Assembly: GCA_041671325.1 (NCBI GenBank)
Contig: JBAZBR010000003.1
Coordinates: forward strand, 68,506 to 132,505
Direction of reading: 5' to 3'
Length of the DNA: 64,000 bases
From: Patescibacteria group bacterium
GTDB lineage: Bacteria > Patescibacteriota > Patescibacteriia > PEXW01
Part shown: positions 47,645 through 56,555 of the stretch, in pieces
Numbering within the stretch: position 1 is the first letter of the stretch
Layout of the letters: each line of letters starts with the position of its first letter
The notes under the pieces: model-generated
Databases searched by the model: none
The model's input: only the letters and a program-made list of their open reading frames with translations
Told to the model about the DNA's origin: nothing
Made by a program: the position numbers and the translations under genes

Positions 47645-48691
47645 ATGATAAAAATTGACGATCTTTTTAAACTAGCAGTAGATAAACGGGCTTCGGATGT
47701 GCACATTGTGGCCAACAAGCCGCCGATTCTGCGCATTGATGGGGAGCTGATTGAAGTCGAAGGCATGCCCCCGCTTTCCTCCAAAGATACCCAGGCTTTA
47801 GTTTTTTCAATTCTGAATGATAAGCAAAAACAGCTATATATCGCTGATCGGGAATTAGATATGTCTTATGAATTGATTGATGGTAATCGTTTTCGCGTCA
47901 ATTGCCATTGGGAAAGGAATAATGCCGGCTTAGTAGCCAGAATTATTTCCATGCAAATCCCGACCATGGAAGATTTGTTATTGCCTCAAGTGGTCTATGA
48001 TCTATTGCGATTGAAACAGGGCTTGATTTTGGTAACCGGGCCAACCGGCTGCGGCAAATCCACCACCCTGGCCGCCATGATTAATTTTATTAATAATGAA
48101 CGGTCTGCCCATATCATTACCCTGGAAGACCCGATTGAATTCTTGTATGAATCTAACAAATCCATAATCAAACAAAGGCAGTTGGGCACAGACATGATTT
48201 CTTTTGGCGATGCCTTGAAGCATGTTTTGCGCCAAGATCCGAACGTCATCATGGTGGGTGAAATGCGGGATTTGGAAACCATTGCCGCCACTATTACTTT
48301 GGCCGAAACCGGACACTTGGTCTTGGCCACCCTGCATACTTTTAATGCTGCCCAAACCGTTGACCGCATAATTGATGTTTTCCCGCCATACCAGCAGGAT
48401 CAAGTCAGGATCCAGTTATCTTTGTTTTTAAAAGGCATTATTTCCCAACAGCTATTGCATAGGGTGAATGGCGGCCGGATTGCTTCTCGGGAAATATTAA
48501 TTAACTCTCCAGCTATTTCCAACTTAATCCGTGAAAACAAGGTTGCGCAAATAAAGACGGTTTTGCAGACTTCAGCTGATGAGGGCATGGTTACCATGGA
48601 TCAGGATTTGAAGCGCCTGTTTGATGCTGGAGAAATAACCGAAGAAATTGCCAGAACTTACATGTTGAATCCGGAAAACCTAAAGCAATAA
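47645..48691 (+). CDS. pilT: type IV pilus retraction ATPase PilT
   Basis: Walker A GPTGCGKST, and the ITLEDPIEF and GEMRD motifs. 348 aa. Confidence 0.85.
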   Translation: MIKIDDLFKLAVDKRASDVHIVANKPPILRIDGELIEVEGMPPLSSKDTQALVFSILNDKQKQLYIADRELDMSYELIDGNRFRVNCHWERNNAGLVARIISMQIPTMEDLLLPQVVYDLLRLKQGLILVTGPTGCGKSTTLAAMINFINNERSAHIITLEDPIEFLYESNKSIIKQRQLGTDMISFGDALKHVLRQDPNVIMVGEMRDLETIAATITLAETGHLVLATLHTFNAAQTVDRIIDVFPPYQQDQVRIQLSLFLKGIISQQLLHRVNGGRIASREILINSPAISNLIRENKVAQIKTVLQTSADEGMVTMDQDLKRLFDAGEITEEIARTYMLNPENLKQ

Positions 48692-48782
48692 AAATTTTAG
48701 GGAATATAAAAAATACTCCGAAGATCAGGCGGGGTATTTTTTTATTTGCGATTTTATAGCTTAAATGTTAATTTTCTTTCAT

Positions 48783-48858
48783 GCGCCCATAGCTCAATGG
48801 ATAGAGTACATGGCTTCGGACCATGGGGTTGGGGGTTCGACTCCCTCTGGGCGCACCA
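48783..48858 (+). tRNA. tRNA-Arg(TCG)
   Basis: Hand fold. Acceptor GCGCCCA/TGGGCGC, anticodon loop CTTCGGA, T-loop TTCGACT, CCA encoded. Confidence 0.75.
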
Positions 48859-49090
48859 CGCGTCATCACGTGCGACGGGTTTCGTGTGGCAACATTTGTT
48901 GCCCCACTGCACCCTTTGCACGCGTGCCGCTCTCCGTGCGAAGCCTCGCTTAACCACAGAAACGCGTACTCCTTCGCTTTACTCAGTCCGTTCCTCGTTT
49001 CTGTGGCGTTTCGAGTTTTTTCCGTGCGTTCCTCATTTATGAGGTAGGTTCCGTTCGCGTGCCGCTCTCCCCAAATTTGTTTTCAACAAA
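48859..49090 (+). repeat. tRNA-trailer structured element, copy U2
   Basis: CGCGTCATCACGTGCGACGGGTTTCGTGTG, then hairpin GGCAACATTTGTTGCC, then CCACTGCACCCTTTGCACGCGTGCCGCTCTCC. A second module ends CGCGTGCCGCTCTCCCC and is followed by the hairpin CCCCAAATTTGTT..AACAAATTTGGG. Confidence 0.55.
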
Positions 49091-49171
49091 TTTGGGACTA
49101 GGTTGTGCCATAAACGGTTACAGACTATTGCTTTTAATTCAGTTTATTTGTAAATTTAAGTCATTCAATTT

Positions 49172-49247
49172 GGGAGCATAGCTTAGCTGGTAGAGCAGAC
49201 GCCTCTTAAGCGTACGGTCGGGGGTTCGAATCCCTCTGCTCCCACCA
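49172..49247 (+). tRNA. tRNA-Lys(CTT)
   Basis: Hand fold. Acceptor GGGAGCA/TGCTCCC, anticodon loop CTCTTAA, T-loop TTCGAAT, CCA encoded. Confidence 0.7.
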
Positions 49248-49606
49248 ACCTACGTTTCGCAGACGGAACTTCGGTTGGCAGGCCAAAAACCTACAATTAT
49301 TAGTTTATTGCTATTTTTATGTGGTTTGTATATGGATTGTCATGCAAAGACGACTATCTTTATATCGGATCAACCAATAGTTTAAAACGTCGTGTGTTTG
49401 AACACGATGCTGGCAAATGTTTAACTTCAAAAAACAGATTGCCCTGTAAATTAAAATTTTATATTGCTGTTAACACAGAAAAAACCGCTAGAAATTTGGA
49501 GAAATATTTAAAAACTGGTTCAGGTAAGGCCATTCTAAAAAAACGAATTTTAACTGACGAAGCTTCGTCGAAAGACGAAGCGTAGTCAGCCCCTCTGCTC
49601 CCACCA
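49248..49606 (+). mobile_element. about 359-bp insertion carrying a GIY-YIG nuclease gene, integrated exactly after the tRNA-Lys CCA with a 16-bp duplication of the tRNA 3' end
   Basis: CCCTCTGCTCCCACCA occurs at 49232..49247 (the tRNA 3' end) and again at 49591..49606. The second copy is immediately followed by the canonical trailer start CGCGTCATCGCGAGCGG. Confidence 0.6.
49319..49585 (+). CDS. GIY-YIG nuclease, YhbQ/UPF0213-like
   Basis: WFVYGLSCKDDYLYIGSTNSLKRRVFEHDAGK(C) matches WF[LV]Y.[LI]...D..LY[TI]G.T..[DS]..RR...H..GKG of E. coli YhbQ-type GIY-YIG proteins. 88 aa. Confidence 0.8.
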   Translation: MWFVYGLSCKDDYLYIGSTNSLKRRVFEHDAGKCLTSKNRLPCKLKFYIAVNTEKTARNLEKYLKTGSGKAILKKRILTDEASSKDEA

Positions 49607-49790
49607 CGCGTCATCGCGAGCGGCGGGTTTCGTGTGCCCCGCCCTGGCGGGACCCACTGCACCCTTTGTTCGCGTGCCGCTATCCCCAATTTTTAATAAA
49701 AAATTGGGGACCCCACGAGACATTAGCTTTCACAGGTGTGCCGCTTTTCCCACGCGCCAGTTCCGTCGCGTGGGGCTCCTGAATATACAA
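49607..49790 (+). repeat. tRNA-trailer structured element, copy U3 (displaced from tRNA-Lys by the GIY-YIG insertion)
   Basis: CGCGTCATCGCGAGCGGCGGGTTTCGTGTG, then a different hairpin CCCCGCCCTGGCGGG at the same position as GGCAACATTTGTTGCC in U1 and U2, then CCACTGCACCCTTTGTTCGCGTGCCGCTATCCCC. Further modules are GTGTGCCGCTTTTCCC and ACGCGCCAGTTCCGTCGCGTGGGGC, which are shared with U1. Confidence 0.55.
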
Positions 49791-49877
49791 AATTTAGCCT
49801 GAATTAAATACAAGAAGTTTTTATTGTTTAATTTTTTAGAGATTCGAAGGGTGATAAAGGCTTAAGTAGGCATACTA

Positions 49878-50198
49878 TTGTATTTTTTTAATACAGATGA
49901 TAATTTGGAAACGCACAAATTGATTAATAAGTTGATGGAAAAAGCTGAAATTCCAACTGAAAGTCATGAAAATAGGGAAAACCAAGGAAAACTGTATGCA
50001 TTTCCTGACGGCCGTTTTCGATTTTTCTATTCAATTGTAGATAACCAAATGGCTATATTCAGGGTTAGGGAAGATATTACGCCATCAATTAGAGCCGAAC
50101 AAAAAGGCATACCCCGTGGATCATCGATTATGCCCGCGAATGAAGAGCAGGTTCAGACCTGGCTTGATGGCCATCCGGATTATAAAATTATTGAATAA
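49878..50198 (+). CDS. hypothetical protein
   Basis: 106-aa ORF. Weak RelE/ParE-like feel, not supported by motifs. Confidence 0.3.
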   Translation: MYFFNTDDNLETHKLINKLMEKAEIPTESHENRENQGKLYAFPDGRFRFFYSIVDNQMAIFRVREDITPSIRAEQKGIPRGSSIMPANEEQVQTWLDGHPDYKIIE

Positions 50199-50305
50199 AC
50201 AAGCGAAACCAAGACTTGGCTGGGGTTTGACGCTTTTTTAATTGACATTTTACCAGGATATATTAGGTTTAGTTAACAAAAACAGAAATCAACAAGGAGG
50301 TTGGC

Positions 50306-50665
50306 ATGGCCCAAGAAACGCAACAAGTTGAAAGTCCAGCAAGCCTATTTAAACATAAGGCCGAAATAGTAAAAGGCCAATTTGCAGATGCTCATACCCA
50401 GTTAAATAATATCCTCCAATTCCTTAGTCATCCGATAGGTGAAGTGCATAAGGAATTTGTTACCGAAGCTTATTTTCTTTTTTGCGCTTTTACTAAAGCG
50501 CCTTATTCTGACGATAAGTATTGCGGCCTGCATGAATTGAATCTGGCTTTGGCTAATTATTTGGCAAATAGTGTCCCTGACAAGACCTTGCTTGCCAAAG
50601 CCACCAAATGGCAGGAATTCATAGTCTTTGAAGCTTGGTTCAAAAAGATATATCGTTGGTTATAA
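50306..50665 (+). CDS. hypothetical protein
   Basis: 119-aa ORF. Confidence 0.3.
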   Translation: MAQETQQVESPASLFKHKAEIVKGQFADAHTQLNNILQFLSHPIGEVHKEFVTEAYFLFCAFTKAPYSDDKYCGLHELNLALANYLANSVPDKTLLAKATKWQEFIVFEAWFKKIYRWL

Positions 50666-50699
50666 AAAAAGCCCCCGAGATTTTGAGGGCTTTTTCTAA

Positions 50700-50978
50700 T
50701 TATTTTTTTAAGGCGTCTTTTAAGGCTTTGCCAGCCTTGAATTTGGGTACGCGGACCGCGGCAATCTGGATTTTTTGCGTGGGGTTTTGGGGGTTAACGC
50801 CAGTCCTGGCCGAACGTTGTTTGGCCATGAACGTGCCAAAACCAGTCAGGGTAACTTCTCCGTTAGCTTTCATAGTTTCAGTGGTAATGGACATAAAAGC
50901 GTCTAACATGTCTTCGGCCTGTTTGTTGGTAATGCTGATTTTTTCCGCAATTTTTTGAATAAGTTCGGCTTTGTTCAT
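50700..50978 (-). CDS. hup: DNA-binding protein HU
   Basis: MNKAELIQKIAEK...GFGTF....R.ARTGVNPQT...I.I.A...P.FKAGKALKDA. The start is taken at the internal Met; the track ORF begins at 51032. Confidence 0.85.
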   Translation of the reverse strand: MNKAELIQKIAEKISITNKQAEDMLDAFMSITTETMKANGEVTLTGFGTFMAKQRSARTGVNPQNPTQKIQIAAVRVPKFKAGKALKDALKK

Positions 50979-51021
50979 AGGACTCACCCCTTTTGGGCAA
51001 TTAAAAGTTTGGATATGAATA

Positions 51022-51804
51022 TTATACCTCAAATTCCTTGTCTAGTCTGGAAATTTTCTTTACTTGGTTTTTCGGGCTAATTTCAATCAAGATTGAATTA
51101 AAAATCACCGGTCCATGCTCGGCAATTTCGTGCGGTTTCTTGTCACCGCTTAAAAACCTGGGCATGATGGCCGCCTTATCCACGCCAATGATGCCATCCC
51201 GCAACCCGGTCATGCCAACATCGGTGATATAAGCCGTGCCATTAGGCAAGAGGCGGGCATCAGCCGTAGGTACATGGGTATGCGTGCCAATGACTGCCAC
51301 TACGCGGCCGTCCAAGTGCCAGCCTAAAGCCACTTTTTCACTGGTAGCTTCAGCATGCATATCTACAATTATCAAATCAGCCTTGAATTTGGTTAACAGC
51401 AGATCAGCCGCGGTAAAGGGCGAAGTTGCTTCTTGGATCATAAAAGACTGGCCGCTTAAATTTATGATTAGGACCTTTCTTTTTTTGACTACAATGATTT
51501 TTGCGCCTACGCCTGGCAAGCCCTCTTCGTAATTTGCCGGCCGGATAAGATTGGAATTTTCATCAGCCAGCAAAGCATTGGCATCGGTCTTGCTGAAAGT
51601 GTGGTTGCCGCCAGTGCCAAAATCTATACCGGCATTTTGCATCTCTGCCCAAGTTTTTTTAGTCAAACCTTTGCCGTGCGCTAAATTTTCCACATTGGCA
51701 ATGACCAAATCGATTTTTTTCAATTTTTTAAGTTTTGGCAAAACCTTGGCCACAGCCAAGCGGCCGGGTTTGCCTACGATATCGCCGATGAAAAGAATGT
51801 TCAT
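51022..51804 (-). CDS. YmdB-like metallophosphoesterase (2',3'-cyclic-nucleotide phosphodiesterase family)
   Basis: N-terminal MNILFIGDIVGKPGR (TIGR00282-like) and a metal-binding GNH motif. The start is taken at the internal Met. Confidence 0.65.
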   Translation of the reverse strand: MNILFIGDIVGKPGRLAVAKVLPKLKKLKKIDLVIANVENLAHGKGLTKKTWAEMQNAGIDFGTGGNHTFSKTDANALLADENSNLIRPANYEEGLPGVGAKIIVVKKRKVLIINLSGQSFMIQEATSPFTAADLLLTKFKADLIIVDMHAEATSEKVALGWHLDGRVVAVIGTHTHVPTADARLLPNGTAYITDVGMTGLRDGIIGVDKAAIMPRFLSGDKKPHEIAEHGPVIFNSILIEISPKNQVKKISRLDKEFEV

Positions 51805-51943
51805 AGACAAAATATACCGAAAGCCAGGTAACAAAGCAATGCATCTAATAAATTGACAAAGGAATTTTATCTAGATAGTGTAAGGTATAAAGACTTTTTC
51901 TTTGAAAACTAAATAACTAATAGCATAATTAAGGAGGTTTGAA

Positions 51944-52717
51944 ATGAACCGTGGTCTTCAAGTCTTTTCGGCTTGTGCGCTTGGCGCGTTACTGGGCACG
52001 CTAATTGCCAGCCAATTCACTTCGCTTTTTTGGCTGGTTGGCCCTCTGAGTGGCGGAATTTTCGCCTATTTGGCCTATGATTTCCAGGTAGTCAAGCAAA
52101 ATGCGCGTTTAGCCTGGCAAAGGGTCTGGGGCTGGCAATTAACCAGAGCGAAGGCGAAAAAAATCGGGCTTATAACCCTTTCTTCGTTTTTTGGTCTGGT
52201 TTGGCTTGGCTTGGCTTATATTAGCGCAGAAACATTGTCACTTTCAGCCGAGGCTAATCAACTAATAGGCGTACTAATAAGTCCGTGTTTATTATTTATT
52301 TGCGTATGTGGGACAGTGATTTCTTTTGCCATGCTTATTCCTGAAATTGTAAATGGCCAGGATAAAGAAATGGTCCGATGGCTGTTGGTTTTTACAAATC
52401 CTCTCACTTTCTTTGAGGTAACCATTCCATATTTAACGTGCTGGATAATCTACAAATCATGTAAAAACAGGAAAAGAATATTTTCCGAACTTGGAATGGC
52501 AGTCGTAGATATTGGCAAGTTTATTTTGATCTTTTTAAAGTTGACTCACAGCCAAATTCGTTTGACTTGCCTGGTTGACGCGACCATTGGCGCTATAGCC
52601 GGACACTTGCTCGGCAACAACCTTTTAATCGGCGCTTTAGTCGGAGGGATTCTGGGCGTCTTGAATTTTGAGATCCTTTCCAAACGCGTCTTCAAGCTTG
52701 TGTCCATGCGTTCCTAA
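51944..52717 (+). CDS. hypothetical membrane protein
   Basis: 257 aa with about 7 TM helices. Confidence 0.4.
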   Translation: MNRGLQVFSACALGALLGTLIASQFTSLFWLVGPLSGGIFAYLAYDFQVVKQNARLAWQRVWGWQLTRAKAKKIGLITLSSFFGLVWLGLAYISAETLSLSAEANQLIGVLISPCLLFICVCGTVISFAMLIPEIVNGQDKEMVRWLLVFTNPLTFFEVTIPYLTCWIIYKSCKNRKRIFSELGMAVVDIGKFILIFLKLTHSQIRLTCLVDATIGAIAGHLLGNNLLIGALVGGILGVLNFEILSKRVFKLVSMRS

Positions 52718-52842
52718 TTCTTTCATTAAAAACCCGTCTGTTGTTAAGACGGGTTTTTGCTACTCAAAAGGATGATTGACAGCTAATTTTTAATAAGATA
52801 GTTTGTTAGTGAATAGAAACAAAAAGCCAAAAAGGAGGAGTC

Positions 52843-53391
52843 ATGGATTTACGGCCTGTTCCTTTAAATTCTTTTCTTACGGACTTGGTTAGTATTTCCC
52901 AAAGCACATTCGATACCCTGATTAAGATGGAAGAGTTTGCTGAAGACAAAAATATCAAACAGCCGAATGGGTATTTGTCGGTTTTGGATGTAGCTACTGG
53001 CAAACTCCTACTCTGCCAGCACCTAGGGACCGCGACGGTTGAGGTTAAGGCAACGGATGTTGTCGGCCCGGATTATCTGCGCTTTTTAGACAGCAACCTC
53101 AGACTTGCTTTGGCAAACGCTATCCGGCTTTGGTCTGCGTATAAGCAATTCAAAACCTGCGTTACGGCTTCTCAATGCGCCAACCGCGATAATCATGAAG
53201 GCGGTGGAGCCGTGGCTTCCAAGCAAGTAATTCTCTCTGTCGCAGGTTTAGGCGGAGAAGCGAGCGAGGCTCTAGCAATCGGCATTGCTGTTCAAATGAA
53301 TTTCTTTGCCATGTCAAAGACTCAAGCCCTGGAGATTGCTAGAACGACTCATAACCCTTTAATCCGGCCGTTGCTCATTGAAGTGCTTTAA
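52843..53391 (+). CDS. GlcG/DUF336 (HbpS-like) family protein
   Basis: C-terminal GGGAVASKQVILSVAGLGGEASEALAIGIAVQ resembles the GGxxI..DG..IGAIGVSGG core of DUF336. Confidence 0.35.
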   Translation: MDLRPVPLNSFLTDLVSISQSTFDTLIKMEEFAEDKNIKQPNGYLSVLDVATGKLLLCQHLGTATVEVKATDVVGPDYLRFLDSNLRLALANAIRLWSAYKQFKTCVTASQCANRDNHEGGGAVASKQVILSVAGLGGEASEALAIGIAVQMNFFAMSKTQALEIARTTHNPLIRPLLIEVL

Positions 53392-53678
53392 AGTTTTTTC
53401 CTGATTTATTAAAGGTCGCTATTGAGGCGGCCTTTTTCATTTTCTAAAAATTTTCATTAAAAAAATCATCCAGCGCCGGCAGGGACACCGGCGCTGGAAA
53501 AATCTTTAAATTCGTTAGGAAGGAGGCAGGATTGCCACGTCCCCTTCGGCTCCTCCTCGACAAGCTCGGAGTCGCTTTGCTCCTCCTCGCAATGACAGAA
53601 TAACCTCGCAAGGAAATAGAAAGATTGTAAAATACTCCCTCTCCCTTTGGGAGAGGGTCCACGAAGTGGGAGTGAGGG

Positions 53679-54020
53679 TTACTCGGAAATTAATTGACTA
53701 ATCTTTTCTAAGACCGCCTCAGGATTTTTCTGTAAATCATTAGCCCAAATGCGAATCACTTTATAGCCACATTCTTTAAGATAAGCATTTCTTTGTTTAT
53801 CTTTGGTTATTTGGGATGGATTAGCATGTCCGCTTCCATCTAATTCGATTATCAACTTCTTTTCCCGACAACAAAAATCAGTAATATATCTGCCGATTGG
53901 GAATTGACGGTGAAACTTCAGACCTGAGAAATGCCTATTACGCAAATAAAACCATAATTTTAATTCATGGGGGTTCTGTAATTTTCTTTGTCTTCTAGCT
54001 AGTGGAGTAAGTTTCTTCAT
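53679..54020 (-). CDS. DUF559 / Vsr-like endonuclease-domain protein
   Basis: RQRKLQNP.E..LW..LR...F.G.KF.RQ..IG.YI.DF.C....L.IE.DG..H pattern. It is flanked by CCCTCTCC..GGAGAGGG palindromes. Confidence 0.65.
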   Translation of the reverse strand: MKKLTPLARRQRKLQNPHELKLWFYLRNRHFSGLKFHRQFPIGRYITDFCCREKKLIIELDGSGHANPSQITKDKQRNAYLKECGYKVIRIWANDLQKNPEAVLEKISQLISE

Positions 54021-54082
54021 TTTTTGTCCACCTCACCCTCGATCCCTCTCCTGTATAGGAGAGGGAGGGGTGTTTTTTAAAA

Positions 54083-55624
54083 TTACCTCGCGTACTCTAT
54101 AACCCGGCGTTCTCTTATTACCGTAACCTTGATTTCGCCAGGATACTGCAGTTCCTTTTCAATGTTATTGGCGATTTCCTTAGCCATTTTCATGGCGGTA
54201 TAGTCATCAATTTTTTCTGGGGAGACAAAGACCCGGATTTCCCGGCCAGCCTGGATGGCATAAGCCTTTTCCACGCCTTCAAAGCCTGTGGCGACTTTTT
54301 CCAAGTCTTCCAATCTTTGGATGTATTGTTCAATAGAGTCTTTGCGGGCGCCGGGACGGGAGCCAGAAATGGCGTCAGCCACTTTGACAATGACTGCTTC
54401 CAAAGTCTTGGGCTGGTCTTCATGGTGGCCAATGCACATGTAGGCGATTTCTTCAGGGATCTTGAATTTTCTTCGCAGAACATCGTAACCGATTTCCGTA
54501 TGCGTGCCCTGGATATCATGGTCTAAAGCCTTGCCGATGTCGTGCAATAAGCCGCCGCGCTTGCAGACGCTGACATTGGCACCGAGCTCTTCAGCTAACA
54601 AGCCAGCCAAATTTGAAACCTCAATGGAATGTTGGAGAACATTTTGGCCGTAAGAAGTCCGGTATTTTAATCGGCCCAAAAGCATTAACAATTTCGGGTC
54701 CATGCCCGCCAAACCCACTTCATAAGCCGCGTCTTCGCCGGCTTTTTTCATATCCTTGGCAATTTCTTTTTTGGCTTCATCCACATATTCCTCAATGCGG
54801 CCGGGATGGATGCGGCCATCAGCCATTAAATGATCCAAAGCTTTTTTGGCCACTTGCCGGCGGACTGGCGAAAAGCCGGAAACAATAATTGATTCCGGGG
54901 TTTCGTCGACAATCACTTCAACCCCAGTCAGTAATTCCAAAGTCTTGATATTCCGGTCTTCTTTACCGATTATTCGGCCTTTCATTTCTTCATTAGGCAG
55001 GTTGACAATCGTAGTCGTGGTTTCCGCCGTATGCGGGGAAGCCACTTTTTGGATAGCCAGACTGATCAAGTTCTTGGCCTGCTTTTCCATTTCTTCGCCG
55101 GATTCTTCCTGGAATTTCTTGATCCTTTGCAAAAGTTCGTCCTTCATGTCCCGTTCTGTGGCATCTAAAAGCACGCGCTTGGCTTCTTCCTTGGTTAGGC
55201 CCGCGATTTTTTCCAATTTTGCCACTTGCAGTTCCCGAATTTTTTCCAATTCAGTGCGGATGTTATCCATCCGATTTTCCTTGTCCTTCAGGCTCACCTG
55301 CTGTTTTTCCAATTGCATTAATTTTTGGTCAAAGGCGTTTTCACGTTTTTCCAGCCTTTCCTGCAAACTGTCAATCTGTTTGCGCCGCGCGCTATCTTCA
55401 TTCTTGGCTTCTTCAATCAATTTTAAAGCTTTCTCTTTGGCACCAAAGAGAATATCTTTTTCTTTTTGCCTGGCTTCATCCAAGGCCTTTTGCAGCCTTG
55501 ATTCAGCGCCTTCAAGTTGCTTGGCAGCCCATACTTTGCGAGCAAAATAGCCAACAAGGATGCCGCCGATCGTGCCGACGGGCAGGAAACCCAGCCAAAA
55601 CCAAATAGAGAGGGAATTGTCCAT
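54083..55624 (-). CDS. rny: ribonuclease Y
   Basis: N-terminal TM helix, coiled coil, KH domain (IGKEDRNIKTLE) and HD domain (LLHDIGKA). 513 aa. Confidence 0.85.
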   Translation of the reverse strand: MDNSLSIWFWLGFLPVGTIGGILVGYFARKVWAAKQLEGAESRLQKALDEARQKEKDILFGAKEKALKLIEEAKNEDSARRKQIDSLQERLEKRENAFDQKLMQLEKQQVSLKDKENRMDNIRTELEKIRELQVAKLEKIAGLTKEEAKRVLLDATERDMKDELLQRIKKFQEESGEEMEKQAKNLISLAIQKVASPHTAETTTTIVNLPNEEMKGRIIGKEDRNIKTLELLTGVEVIVDETPESIIVSGFSPVRRQVAKKALDHLMADGRIHPGRIEEYVDEAKKEIAKDMKKAGEDAAYEVGLAGMDPKLLMLLGRLKYRTSYGQNVLQHSIEVSNLAGLLAEELGANVSVCKRGGLLHDIGKALDHDIQGTHTEIGYDVLRRKFKIPEEIAYMCIGHHEDQPKTLEAVIVKVADAISGSRPGARKDSIEQYIQRLEDLEKVATGFEGVEKAYAIQAGREIRVFVSPEKIDDYTAMKMAKEIANNIEKELQYPGEIKVTVIRERRVIEYAR

Positions 55625-55766
55625 AAAAATTGTAGGATTTTAATTTCATAAGGGGTGTAACAAACTTCGACAAATTTATTGAAAAATTTAAGTTAGTTAG
55701 CAAAAATTAATCTACCATAATTGAATTGGGGGAGTAAAGGGAGGGGCGTCATAAACAAGCCACTTT

Positions 55767-55868
55767 TGTCATTTCGAGCGAAGCGAAGCGAAGTCGAGAA
55801 ATCTCGTTTTATTCAACTTAGATTCCTCGGTTCACCCCACCAAATGGTGTGGCTCACTCGGAATGACA
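55767..55868. repeat. GTCATYCTGA palindromic element (MITE-like), copy
   Basis: Terminal inverted repeats TGTCATTTCGAGCGAAGCGAAG and CTCACTCGGAATGACA. About 102 nt, upstream of clpP. Confidence 0.55.
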
Positions 55869-55875
55869 AGAAAGT

Positions 55876-56460
55876 TTAAGAGGCTTTATTGATTATCTTA
55901 TCAATAATGCCGTATTTCTTGGCTTCTTCCGCAGACATGAACTTGTCCCGATCGCTGTCATCTTCGATTTTTTTGATGGTTTGATTAGTGTGGTGGGCCA
56001 AAATCTGGTTGATCCGGTCCTTGATTTTCAAGATATGTTCGGCGCGGATCTTGATGTCCGAAGCCTGGCCTTCGGTGCCGCCCATGACTTGGTGGATGAG
56101 GATTTCCGAATTCGGCAAAGCGAACCTTTTGCCTTTAGCCCCGCCTGCCAGAAGTACGGCGCCCATGCTGGAGGCCATGCCTACGCAAATGGTGCTGACA
56201 TCAGGCTTGACGTATTGCATGGTGTCATAGACTGCCATGCCAGCCGTGACTGAACCGCCCGGAGTGTTGATGTAGATCTTGATGTCTTTTTCCTTGTCCT
56301 GGTTTTCCAAGAACAAAAGCTGGGCAATGACTGTGTTGGCCACAGCATCATCAATCATTTCGCCCAAAAAGATGATGCGGTCTTTTAAAAGCCGGGAATA
56401 AATGTCATAGGCCCGTTCGCCAAAATTGGATTTTTCAATAACAGTTGGGACTAAATACAT
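55876..56460 (-). CDS. clpP: ATP-dependent Clp protease proteolytic subunit
   Basis: Catalytic triad context GMASSMGA (Ser), H and D. 194 aa. Confidence 0.9.
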   Translation of the reverse strand: MYLVPTVIEKSNFGERAYDIYSRLLKDRIIFLGEMIDDAVANTVIAQLLFLENQDKEKDIKIYINTPGGSVTAGMAVYDTMQYVKPDVSTICVGMASSMGAVLLAGGAKGKRFALPNSEILIHQVMGGTEGQASDIKIRAEHILKIKDRINQILAHHTNQTIKKIEDDSDRDKFMSAEEAKKYGIIDKIINKAS

Positions 56461-56555
56461 AAGGGTAATTTCTAGTTAATTTTATGGAGTTTTTAGGGCA
56501 ATAAGTTATAGCCCTGTTTTTAGGTTATATAAGTAAAAGGGGTTTTGGTCAAGAG

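Noticed and set aside
49878-50665. A toxin-antitoxin pair (RelE/ParE-like) for the two small ORFs after the tRNA-Lys region.
   Set aside because: There is only a vague resemblance. No catalytic motif or conserved antitoxin fold can be argued from the sequence. They are left as hypothetical.
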